A stretch of 64,000 nt of DNA from Octopus bimaculoides (Eukaryota). The stretch is from contig NC_068989.1 of assembly GCF_001194135.2 (NCBI RefSeq), positions 89,512,160 to 89,576,159 on the forward strand. Reading direction: 5' to 3'. Under the pieces are notes generated by a model that was not told where the DNA came from, made no database searches, and saw only the letters and a program-made list of their open reading frames with translations. Numbering within the stretch: position 1 is the stretch's first letter; each line of letters begins with the position of its first letter. The position numbers and the translations under genes are program-made. Below are positions 23,271-34,288 of the stretch, piece by piece.

Positions 23271-23427
23271 ACGTTCTTGAGTTCAAACTCCGCCGAGGTC
23301 GACTTTGCCTTTCATCCTTTCGGGGTCGGTAAGTTATGTACCAGTTAGGCACTGGGGGTCAATGTAATCGACGTAATCTCTTCTCCCAAAATGTCAGGCC
23401 ATTTGTGCCTATAGTAGACAGAATTAT
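23271..23427 (+). mobile_element. SINE family A, 5'-truncated
   Basis: gagttcaaactccgccgaggtcgactttgcctttcatcctttcggggtcgg. Confidence 0.88.
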
Positions 23428-23514
23428 TTGTATCAATGTCTTCTTTTAAACCTGGTAACTTATTTAAACGGTGATGGCGGACTAACGCGCTCACACGCAC
23501 TCGCATCTATACGT

Positions 23515-23642
23515 CTATACGACGGGCTTTCACGCAGCTTCCATTTGCTAAATTTACTCAACAAACCATAATAGAAGAGAGTGCCGCACATTAGGACCGA
23601 ACCGGAAACCACGTGGTTGCCAAACGAGTTTCTTACCTGTGC
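23515..23642 (-). mobile_element. SINE family B, 5' half
   Basis: gacgggctttcacgcagcttccatttgctaaatttactcaacaaacc...ggaccgaaccggaaaccacgtggttgccaaacgagtttctt. Confidence 0.7.
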
Positions 23643-24518
23643 CTATCAACAATTATTAAACTCCTCTTTAAGGCGGTAATTGTGTGACCTGCAAGTCATT
23701 GACCTCTTTTGAGCTAACATTACGGCAGATTTGTTGATTAGCTCTTAGACGTGTCACACAATCCCACCAATGTGTGTACAAGGCTCTGATGTCACGTGAA
23801 CTAGCCGCCTCCCTCCTCGCTGCTTAATTAGGCCTTGTGCCTCATAAGTAACGTCGGGAGAGACCTGGAGACTAGCAAAGGAAACTGCAAAGAAACGGGC
23901 AGAAGACAACGTGAAACCATTGTTGTGCCTTTCGAGAAACGGGCCGCACTTTTCGTTAGGCGTGCCATTCAGAAAGTCGTGCGGGCCGCAGTTCGCCTAT
24001 GACTGGTTTACACTTTAGTCTATGTCCAAAAAGGCGACTAAAAAAGGCTGGGGTCGGGTTTCCACTCCGACCTTTTAAAACCCTCATCAGTAACGACTAC
24101 CCAAACAGACCCATGGTTTGGAGGGTAGTGCAAAGGTGTCATCCGCCAGCAGCAGGGAATCACCAACAAATGGTGGATGCAGCGACGCGCTGTTACAGCG
24201 CATGTCTCCATACTATAACTGCTTCTCTTTGATCTCTGGTTCCTGTAAAGCGTAAGGAGAGAGAAGTGGTGTAGAAGAGAGGAAGCATTACTGACGTCTT
24301 CCAATGCTCTCATCTGATGGATGAGGGATGGATACACTACATACAACAATCCAAAACATGACTGCAGACATTTCAAGTTTTTTTTTCTGTGCTGGTTACT
24401 TACAAAATGTGCCCCTGTATATGTCTGTAGAAGAGTGCATCCTTTGCTGGGTTCACTTCTCGTAGCAGCAATGTTTTTGTGTATTTTTCCATACCATTTG
24501 CGTCTAGTTTGTATAACG

Positions 24519-24732
24519 GTTTCAAATTTGAGCACAAGATCGACTATTTTAGGGGAGCGGGATAATCGATTAGATCGACCTTAATGCTTAACTGGAACTT
24601 ATTTTACCGATCTGAAAGGATTGAAAGTCAAAGTCGATCTCGGCGGAATTCATAACTCAGAACATAAAGAACTGGAAAAAATGCCACTGAGCATTTTGTT
24701 CGGCGCGCTGACGATTCTGCCGGCTCGTCGCA
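24519..24732 (-). mobile_element. SINE family A
   Basis: Reverse strand: gcgacgagccggcagaatcgtcagcgcgccgaac...gaattccgccgagatcgactttgactttc. Confidence 0.88.
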
Positions 24733-24839
24733 TTGTCTGGTTTATATTATATTAGTCAGTCGAACGACTGGATGCGAGCCACAGCTGACAATTTCAGATA
24801 TACAGTGTTTCTCTCTCTTTCTCTCTCTCNNNNNNNNNN

Positions 24840-24896
<57 letters not shown>

Positions 24897-25507
24897 GTAA
24901 CTGGAAACCATATTGCATACTGTGGCATAAATTAACGAATTGTATAGAATGTAGTGTGATTCTTTGGACAAGTTGTATTCTCTCCTGCCATTTCTATGTT
25001 TGTACACACATGCTGTTAGTATTTGATTCCAGATCTGCAGACCTTTTGTCAAAGACACTCTAGTTATGGCAATCCTACCTTATTTTCAGAATACATCTGC
25101 ATGCTCCAACGTGTTCTTTCATTTTTAAGACAGTAGGTTATGATTTATGGAGATTTTTAACTGCTATGTTTAGTAAGAATGACGGACCACAGTAAAGCCA
25201 TACGTAACTCTTTTAATTTTCTCGTGGCTTGCACCATTTCTACATTTCAAAATGATTTCTCATACGTCTCCTTTTATCTGAAGACAACAAAATAATAAAA
25301 CCATTTAATACACTAGTTGTAACTTTTGAGATGTGCGGCATTTCGGTGCTGTGAGCGATCCAGATATTATGTTGAGCATACAGCAAATTTCTACACAGCA
25401 ATTAGTGAGGTGTCTGATAAATTCATTCATTTTTTTCTTCTTTCTACTTTGCTTTCTATCATCATATGTTTGAAAAGAGGGAAAATTTATTCAAATTTCA
25501 AAAGATA

Positions 25508-25762
25508 TTCGGTTGGTGCATAATTATCGCGGCTTTTTTTTTTTTTTCAACAAATTTTATTCAACAAAAACAATAACAATACCTAACAAAAACATCTTTA
25601 AATGACGGTCTTATCGTCTGCCAAGCAAATGGGAAGCAGTAATTGAAGTAGATGGTGAATATGCTCCGGAATAATCATTTAAAGATGGTTTTATTACATG
25701 TTATTGTTTTTGTTGAATAAAATTTGTTGAAAAAAAGCTGCAATAATTATGCACCAACCCAA
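25508..25762 (+). mobile_element. Mariner-derived MITE with long TIRs and a remnant of the transposase C-terminus
   Basis: TA|ttcggttggtgcataattatcgcggctttt ... aaaagctgcaataattatgcaccaacccaa|TA, similar to mariner TIRs of the Hsmar1 type; ~75-bp inverted arms; 25612-25674 encodes YRLPSKWEAVIEVDGEYAPE*, matching the LP.RW..VI...G.Y end of mariner transposases. Confidence 0.9.
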
Positions 25763-25782
25763 TATAAACAATGGTTGTAGTG

Positions 25783-26020
25783 CAATGATTCTCAACCAGA
25801 ATCCGTATGGCCTTTGGGGATCCATATAAGATTTTGTTATTAATAGATTGCTTCTACTTCTACATCACACAAAATATTTTAACAGTTGTTTATATAATTC
25901 CTTTTCGATATTTAAGAGTTAAAAAAAGAGTGGTGCTTTTTTTTAGACATCTAGTGGCTGTGAGGGTCTACCTGAGCAAAATGGGAATTAAAGGGGTCCA
26001 TAAGCAAAAGATGGTTGAAG
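25783..26020. mobile_element. hAT-type MITE, diverged second copy of 15218-15472 (opposite orientation)
   Basis: caatgattctcaacc...ccatataagattttgttatt...gggaattaaaggggtccataag...atggttgaag aligns to the reverse complement of 15218-15472. Confidence 0.8.
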
Positions 26021-26591
26021 AGAAAAAATTAGAGCTACAAAAAAAGAAAAACCTTGATTAAAAATATTTTTTCTAAGATATAAAGAAGAAAAAAAAACGA
26101 AGGAATTTGTCTGATAACTCAATACATTAGAAACAAAACAAAACAAAAAAATTGTTGATTCTCAGTTCTGTTTGTCTGTAAGATTTTGGTGGTTAGTGGT
26201 GGAACGGAGGCGAGCCAGGTAAACGTGATCTGATCGCAACAGTTGCCGTTTCTTTTTTTCTTATCATTGGGCGGCGTCCATTCCAGCACAGTGATGTTAA
26301 TAATACCGCAGGCTACTGTTTTTGTGGATATAAATATATGTGTTTGTCTGGACTGAATTGGAGAGATAAGTGTTTTGATAATATTCTGAGATGTTGTACA
26401 TCTTTAGGTCTGCCGCCGTCTGCTTGCTATGGACGGCGTTTGTCCGGGGAGTGAGGAAGATCGAAGCTTGCTGCATCAACAAACTTTATGCCGCGTTTCA
26501 ATTCATTACGTGAGGTCAGTGGCTCTCAGTTTGAAAAATGGCAGGATTCCTTCCCTAAATATTTCTGAAATTCTTTGCCCTCTTCCTTTGT

Positions 26592-26800
26592 ATTAATTGT
26601 TTCAAATTTTGGCTGAAGACCAGCTATTTTGAAGGGAGGGTTTGAGTCGATTACATCAACCCCATTGCTCGGCTGGTCCTTAATTTATTGACTCCGAAAG
26701 GATGAAAAGCCAAGTCGACTTCTGCGGGATTTGATCTCAGCGAGTATAAAGAGACGGAAGAAATGCTGCTAAGCATTTTGTCCGGCGTGCTAACGATTCA
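26592..26800 (-). mobile_element. SINE family A
   Basis: ttcaaattttggctgaagacc...gagtcgattacatcaacccc...gaaaggatgaaaagccaagtcgac...gcattttgtccggcgtgctaacgattc. Confidence 0.85.
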
Positions 26801-28254
26801 GCCCCCGCCCCGCCCCGCCCCGTAGTCTTCTGTCTTCCACCTATTACTTGTTTCAATCNNNNNNNNNNNNNNNNNNNNNNNNNNNNNNNNNNNNNNNNNN
26901 NNNNNNNNNNNNNNNNNNNNNNNNNNNNNNNNNNNNNNNNNNNNNNNNNNNNNNNNNNNNNNNNNNNNNNNNNNNNNNNNNNNNNNNNNNNNNNNNNNNN
27001 NNNNNNNNNNNNNNAGATGACTCAATCGACCCTATAGTTATTTATTTTTGTAAAAGCCTGGTGCTTAGTCTATTGGTCTCTTTATTGAACCGCTAAATTA
27101 CGGGGACGTAAACACACCGACACCGGTTGTGAAGAGGTAGTGGCGGACAAAACAAATTTTATTAACCGTGGCAGTTCATGTGATCCAAATTTCGTTCGCC
27201 CCCGCAGGGCCGCTTGTACATTTTTTTTTTTTTTTGGTTCATAAAATCTGAAATTCTATTTCAGTACCTGGGTATGTTAGAGAGAGAGAGAGAGAGCGAT
27301 AGAGACGGTGAGGGAGAGAGAAAACGACAGGAGAGGGAGGGAGAGCGTGAGAGAAAATGCACGTGTGCATGAGGGTGTCTGTCCTATTTTAGGGATGGTG
27401 TCAATGTCCCTTTCAGACTATAGTCAATACAAGGGAGGTAACTCCATCGTTATTGTTGCAGATTTAGGGAGAATAAATAAAATAGGGCGAAGTGGAAGAA
27501 AATGCATGTTTGCTGGAGTTCAGCGGATAAGATTATGTTCTGATTTCAAATCCCACGTACTAGGAAGCTGTACACCGCTTCTTATTGTTTGGCCCTTGGT
27601 CCTGTAGACTTTTAATCAAAAGTCTTCCAACCACAACAGCACCATTTTGTTTCAAATATATTTTATTTCGGGCTTTCTGCCTACAGTAGAAAAGAATATA
27701 TTTTGTCATTTTTGTTTGTTTGTTTGAGGTTATAATGTGTAATCTAATTGAGGTTTGGTTGCCATTTCAACAGGCTTTACAGTTTTTCGAATTTTGTGTG
27801 GATTTTTAATTATTCTATATTAGCTGATATCAAACATTACTTCAAGACATGTACTACATGAGAAATGAAGCAGTCTCTAAGTTCTCACTAGATCTGCTAG
27901 AAATAGCAGTAAAATTTCTTTCAAATCTATCCTACTGTTTTAGAGACAGGAAGAAAAAAATCAGACATTAAAGATGGCAGTCAAAGATATACTACGTCTG
28001 AAGAAGAGGCGGAATGGTCATGACTAGAACGTCTTTGGTCATTGGTATTGCTAGACTGGGGTCGACAAGAGGCTAAAAAATGACTACGAAAATATCTGTT
28101 TATATTTCACAGCACATCTTATTAAATATTTTATTTAGTATTCGATAAGCTTACGAGTGAAAAACGAAGCTGTCTTCTCCATTTCTGTTCAGATCTTCCA
28201 AGGGAACGGGTTTTTTGTTTTTTTTAACATCCATATTTATTCGTTTATCTTTTG

Positions 28255-28403
28255 AGATGTAGCTGTGTGGTAAGAAGTTTGCTTCCCAACCACACCGTTC
28301 CGCGTTCAATCCTACTGCGTCAGTGTCTTTTTGTATTGGTCCTGGTTGACCAAAGCTTTTAGACTAGATTTAGTAAATGGAAACTGTAAGAATCCCGTTG
28401 TGC

Positions 28404-28448
<45 letters not shown>

Positions 28449-28575
28449 GTATTTGTATCTCATCTCCCCTTGACAACCGGTGGCTCGGCAAAAGTGACTT
28501 TAAAATAAGTACTGGGGCGAATTGTTCGACTAATCCCTTCAAAGTGATATCTCCAGCAAGGTCTGAAAAAGTAAA
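28255..28575 (+). mobile_element. SINE family B
   Basis: gtagctgtgtggtaagaagtttgcttcccaaccac...gttgaccaaagc...(TG)n...aagtactggggcgaattgttcgactaa. Confidence 0.85.
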
Positions 28576-28890
28576 GGAAGGTATATATAGAAATATTTCT
28601 CTAGTCTCTGAAATTGAACACTGAAGCAGATAATCTAGTAAACAAACTGAATAAAGAGTGGCACGTAATATGTTGATGGTTGGAGTGTAGACAGGGGTGG
28701 GGAGTGATGTTAGTAGGGCACAGATAAAACAACAACAAACAAAAGAACGTAATATGATATAAACAGCACTATCAGATTCTTTCGGAGTTGTCGATAGAAA
28801 TTGGCAGTTAGTTAGAAGGAAGGAAGTGTTTGAAACATGTTGAAGATATGTTTTAGCGAGGCAGCAGCACTTCTTATTGTTGTCGGTAAC

Positions 28891-29035
28891 GAAAATAGTG
28901 CGTTTGTCTCTGTGTGAACAGCTGCTGTAGTTTGGAGAAAGTAGTGCGGCCACTTAACATCTGCTGCAGCTGTTTGAAGAAAATAGTTCTGTCTCCAAAC
29001 AGCTGCTGCAGTCGTGTGTGACCAGTGAACAGCTT
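28891..29035. repeat. Degenerate ~40-bp minisatellite (about 3.5 units)
   Basis: Units aacagctgctgtagtttggagaaagtagtgcggccactt / aacatctgctgcagctgtttgaagaaaatagttctgtctcca / aacagctgctgcagtcg; explains the repeated LQQLF in ORF 28874-29095. Confidence 0.7.
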
Positions 29036-29139
29036 GTTATCGACTGAAATGTGTCGATAGCCACCGGAATAATAGATACTGTTGCACTCACTCAACCAAA
29101 CGTTCAGCGAAAGAAAAAGTCATTTTATTTTTCGCAATG

Positions 29140-29511
29140 CTGTGGTACGAAGCTTGCTCCCCAACCCCATGGTTGCGGTTTCAGTTTCACTGTGTGGTAG
29201 TACCTTGGGCAAGTGTCTTCTATTATAGCCCCGGGCTATCCAAAACCTTGTGAATGGATTTAGTAGATGGAAACCTAAATGAAGCTCGTCGTGTGTGTGT
29301 TCCCTCCTGGCCAGGTGAAATGCCTTGCGGTATTTCGTCTACCGTTACGTTCTAGGTTCCAATTCTGAGGTCGACTCGGCCTTTCATCCTTTCGGGGATC
29401 GATTAAATAAGTACCAGTTACGCTCTGGGGTCAATGTAATCGACTTAATCCCTTTATCTGCTCTTATTTGTCCCCCTCTATGTTTAGCCCCCTGTGGGCA
29501 ATAAAGAAATA
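29140..29511 (+). mobile_element. 5' half of a family B SINE abutting a family A SINE with the gtttagcccc...aataaagaaata tail
   Basis: B part to ~29300, ending in (TG)n; A part 29308-29511. Confidence 0.8.
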
Positions 29512-29874
29512 CATAATAATAATTCCAAACATAAGCCTAAGACAAGATATTTTGAGAGGAGCGGAGGGAGAGTTTTTTGTGATTGGATTGCGTCTGTTCA
29601 TGACCGGCATTGTATTTTATCGACCTCAGAAGGATGAAAAACTTAGTCTATTGCCGTACCATCAGGCATTTGGGGGGGGGGGGGTTCAGTGCTCTACCGA
29701 TTCTAATCCATGAATGGCCCTACCCCTACCACAACTACTACAGCGTCTGCTGTAACCATTCGACGTAGGTCTTTCATATGAAAATTAGTTCCTCCCAATC
29801 AGTCTCGGATTCCCTAAAAGTGTCATGATTGCTACCCTCGTCTTACTAAGCTGTTAAGAAAAAAAAAAAAAAGA

Positions 29875-30263
29875 AGGTGCAGGCGTAGCTATGTGTTAAG
29901 AAATGGTTGCGGGTTCAGTCCCACTCCATGGTACCTTGGGCGTCTTCTATGGCCTCGAGCCGACCAAAGCCTTGTGAGTGGATTTGAATATGGAATCTGA
30001 AAGAAGCACATCGTATATGTATGTATGTATGTATGTATATCTTTGTGTCAGTGTTTGCACCCCCACACACCACTTGACAACCGGTGTTGGCGTGTTTAGC
30101 CCCCCGTAACTTAGCGGTTCGGCGAAAGTACCCGATAGAATGAGTACTAGATTTTAAAAATAAATAAGTACTGGGGTTGTTTCATTCGACTAAAAAAAAA
30201 TGTTCGGGGTGGTGCCCCAGCATGGCCGTAGTCAAATGGCTGAGGCACGTAGAAGATAAAGAT
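29875..30263 (+). mobile_element. SINE family B, full length
   Basis: All family B modules present, internal (GTAT)n. Confidence 0.9.
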
Positions 30264-30429
30264 CTTATATTCGTAAGCCTGCGAGTCAATGGTTTGAAAT
30301 GTGCAGTTTTTAGCGGTTAAAGTCCAGCAACAGCGGCAATGAATTCGTAGCCGAAGCTGAAGTTGCTGCTGTGCTGATGATGTCTGTGTAACAGCAGTTT
30401 AGTAGAGTCAGTTGTACTAGTAGCGTTTA

Positions 30430-31142
30430 ATAGTTATTTGCAGACCTATGATCACAGAAATCCCAGCCGTGACCACTTCATATTTTAAGAGTATCTTAAA
30501 CTTTATTACCAATATGTGATTTGAGGGAGATTTGCTCCTTTCCAACAAATCGAATGGCTGCGTAGAGGTATCATTATCGATCTATTATTGATGTTTAAGG
30601 TCATCCCTGATCCAGCAGACCCATGATTAAAGTGTCCTAACTATGACCATCCCGTCTTATTTTCAGATAATTTATCCAGGAGTACATTATCCAACATGTT
30701 CTTCACTTTTTAAGACATTAAAGCGTGGTTCGAAAGAGACTTGGCTGCTGTTTCTAGCAAGTGAAATACCCACGTAAAGCTCATTAACAGTGATGTTTGT
30801 AAGGGTTTTCTTTAGCGCCAATTCAACTCTAATCGAACAGATGTTCGCAAAGGTATTCCATCCATAAAGTCCTGTTTTTTCTTCCAGCGCATTCTATGTA
30901 GCATTACATTACTTAATGTCAGTAGGATGTGATCTGAGTGACATTTAGCTGCTATTTCTACCAGTGGAGGGACACACGAAGAATCCCAGTTTGGCGCGGT
31001 TACCTCAACAGGTAGTAGTAGTGGAATTAGTTTTAGAAGAGTGTTTTCTTTCCCTCATCCCGATCAGCCATGATCGACAGCTATGATCATAGGCGTTCCG
31101 ATCGTGACAACCCATCTGTTGCATATCAAAGACTGCATTGTC

Positions 31143-31184
<42 letters not shown>

Positions 31185-31592
31185 AGACGGTTTGTTATGA
31201 GTCAATGGTGAGTTGGCTGCTACTTGGAGGAGTTCGACCAACCACATAGAGGTTCCTCTGTCTCGGCGGTTAGTGTTAGCACAGAGGTAGCATTTTTTTT
31301 TTTTTTTGCACTGGCCTATATGCAAAGGCTTTCCGACCGCGACAATCCCGCCTTTCCTAAGATGGCAGGGGTCTGAGTTGAACCACATTTGGCTGCTATT
31401 TCTTTTCTCTGTCCGCTGTATTTGTGTAGATTCATGTGCGTGTATGTGTCAGACTGGAAAAGCAAACCTATTATCAAAGGCGCCTCATCCTTGGCGATCC
31501 TGTTTATGTACCTAGGGCTATATTCAGTATTTCCTTCCGTTCTGTTTTTATGAAGGTGTGGTGAGATTTGGTTGATATGTCTAGCAGGTTGT
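30430..31592 (-). repeat. Array of about six head-to-tail family C repeats (headless ~250-bp interspersed repeat, likely retroposon-derived)
   Basis: Recurrent gcagacctatgatc...ccagccgtgaccatcc...gtgatttgagggagatttggctgctatttctagc motif; copies in the opposite orientation elsewhere (e.g. 47130-47530) end in gacctggggctaaac-(aac)-like tails. More than 20 copies in the window. Confidence 0.75.
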
Positions 31593-31810
31593 AGTATTGA
31601 TAGTCGTATTTAGTAGTACACGTTGCTGTGTGGTTAGTAGCAGCAAAAAGGAAAACGACTTTTCTCTACTCACTCCTCCTTCAATAATAGTATCTCTTCT
31701 TCTGTCAAGGGAGAAGGAAGAGAGGAGGTAGTAACTGCAGTGTGCTGATGACGGCTGCAACTACGATGACGATGGTTAGCGTAAAATTAGCAGATTTATA
31801 TTTTAACCCA

Positions 31811-31843
<33 letters not shown>

Positions 31844-32082
31844 ATGCACATGCATTGTATGCATATATGATGTTCTCTTTCTCTTTAATTTAGAGTAAAT
31901 TTTAATTGCCCCCCCCCACATGGTAGCAACGTTGTGATGGGAAACATCTTGTTTTGTTCATCGTCCTTTAAATCGTAAGGTCTTGCAGATATGTGTGTGT
32001 GTATTTAGACAGGAACGGGAGAGTTAATTTTATGAAAATTAAAGTTAATTTTACAAAATTAATGAAAATTAAAATTTTTGTA

Positions 32083-32482
32083 GGAGTGGCTGTGTGGTAA
32101 GTAGCTTGCTTAACAACCACATGGTTCCAGGTTCATTCCCACTGCGTAGCACCTTGGGTAAGTGTCTTCTGCTATAGCCTCGGGCCGACCGAAGCCTTGT
32201 GAGTGGATTTGGTAGACGGAAACTGAAAGAAGACCGTCGTATATATGTATATATATGTATATGTGTGTATATGTTTGTGTGTCTGTGTTTGTCCCCCCAA
32301 CATCGCTTGACAACCGATGGTGGTGTGTTTACGTCCCCGTAACTTAGCGGTTCGGCAAAAAAGATACCGATAGAATAAGTACTAGGCTTACAAAGAATAA
32401 GTCTTGGGGTCGATTTACTCGACTAAAGGTGGTGCTGCAGCATGGCCGCAGTCAAATTACTGAAACAAGTAAAAGAGTAAAG
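32083..32482 (+). mobile_element. SINE family B, best-preserved copy
   Basis: ggagtggctgtgtggtaagtagcttgc (A-box-like), ccaggttcattcccact (B-box-like), caccttgggtaagtgtctt (resembles the CORE motif accttgggcaagt), internal (TA/TG)n, gaaacaagtaaaagagtaaag tail. Confidence 0.95.
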
Positions 32483-32658
32483 CAGTAGTGTATCGAGGCG
32501 GGGACGAGAAGGTGCAGCCCACGTCGGGTGACGTTTTTATGAGGACGGCACTTTTGGGGGCTACTATAAAATCCTATGTGTATAAGGCTTGAGATCCTTA
32601 GGGAGGGCGAAAAACTCAAGGACTGCTCCGAGCAGCACACACTCTAACTACACCCCTG
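32483..32658. mobile_element. Possible small MITE with degenerate CAG.GG.GTAG-type ends
   Basis: Left cagtagtgtatcgag versus the reverse complement of the right end caggggtgtagttag; GC-rich interior; TSD unclear. Confidence 0.4.
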
Positions 32659-33204
32659 AGTCAAAGGGGAGGGGTAACTTCGACCATAATTCTGTCTTAT
32701 TGTACCTCATTAGAATAACAGTCAGCTGAAACCTGTTTGAAACGGATGACAATAGTATTTACATATAGAAAATGACTTACAAAGATTTTTAGACTCTAAT
32801 AAATAACATGCATAATATTTTTTATTTGTAGAGGGAAAAACTCAAGTTGCTCACTGTCATGAACTCAGAAGAATAAATTAAAAAGTAATGCGCTAAATGG
32901 CATGGGAAAAGAATCCTTAATTAACTAAAATTTCCGTCTTAGTGAAAAAGAAAAAAAAAACTTAGCGGTAATTTTTGGCGACTCGCAAGGAAAGGAGGAG
33001 ATAACTCTTCCTTGTCAGTGTCTGTATGCGCCCGCCCGCACCTTTGTCATTGCGTGTGAGTACCTCTCGCTTAGTTGTGTACTCTCAGTGATTAAATATC
33101 TTGCTTACATTTTACTTTTTTGAATCATAGCGCTTTTTTTTTTTCTTTATGTTTAGGTTTTTTTCATCATTAACTTTAAAGCAATGTGTCTCAGTTCAGA
33201 ATAA

Positions 33205-33500
33205 ATTTTGTTAACCGAATGAGCATAAGCAAAATCTACAGAAGTTGCCCTCGCCAAAATTTGAACCTAAAGCATAAAGACGGACGAATGGCTGCCTTTT
33301 GCTTTGGGAATAGTGATTTCAAATTTTGGCACAAGGCCGCTATTTTCGGGAAGGGATTAAGTCGTTTGAATCGACCCCTGTTTTCAACTGGTACGTTTTA
33401 ATCAACCCCGAGGGAATTTGAACCCTGAACGTAAAGCCGGACGAAATGCCGCTGAGCATTCCGCCCGGCGTGCTAACGATTCTGCCCGCTCGTCACCTTA
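33205..33500 (-). mobile_element. Two tandem family A SINE fragments
   Basis: 33205-33295 and 33311-33500, both reverse; the second has an internal deletion. Confidence 0.8.
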
Positions 33501-34288
33501 TGGCTTGCTTGGTAAATATTGCGAGCAGCTTTCGCTACTTTATGTTCTATTCTGAACTCGGACCATAAAATCGCTCGAACTTACTATTTCTTCTTTCTTT
33601 AATTTGACAACGGAAAATTAAAAAAAAAAAACAAGCAAAATAACTAAATAAATAAAGAATAATCACTGAAGACAAAACTCTTAGCATAAATCAATAAACC
33701 GAAATCTACATTTCAATCCAGGAACATAGTTACATAAATGTTTGTTCGAAAATAAGTTTAAAATACCAAAAAACCGAAAGTTTTTTTGTATCAAATTAAT
33801 ATGTAATGTTTGTGCGTATGCTTATCCCTACATACATACGTACGTANNNNNNNNNNNNNNNNNNNNNNNNNNNATATATATATATATATATATATACATG
33901 ATCTACACGATCTACACCCACCATATAAGCTTCCATAGTGCTGTTGTTATTGTTGCAGTAGCAACGTTCCTGGCATACTTGCTGCCGTCCTGTACATGGT
34001 AAATTCTCTCAGCTCTCGGAATGAGCGGCGCCCAATCGATACTGTCAGTGGGGTGCTTAGTGATTGGAAAAGGAGTGTACGTTCGGGTTGAGGTGATGTA
34101 TCGATTTTGTAGGTATTCGTGTTGCTACACATCACCTCCCCACCACACCGCCTCTCACACATATACACTCACTCAAACATCCTGATGTTCTGTATTTTGG
34201 ATAAGACGTAGTTTCGTGTATATTTGTAACATATTCAGGTATATGTGTGGAGTATGTATTTACTTTTTAGGTATCGGTAAGTTAGTGT

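Noticed and set aside
24038-24535. 165-aa minus-strand ORF
   Set aside because: Starts inside a SINE, has no recognisable motif, and its composition looks like random translation
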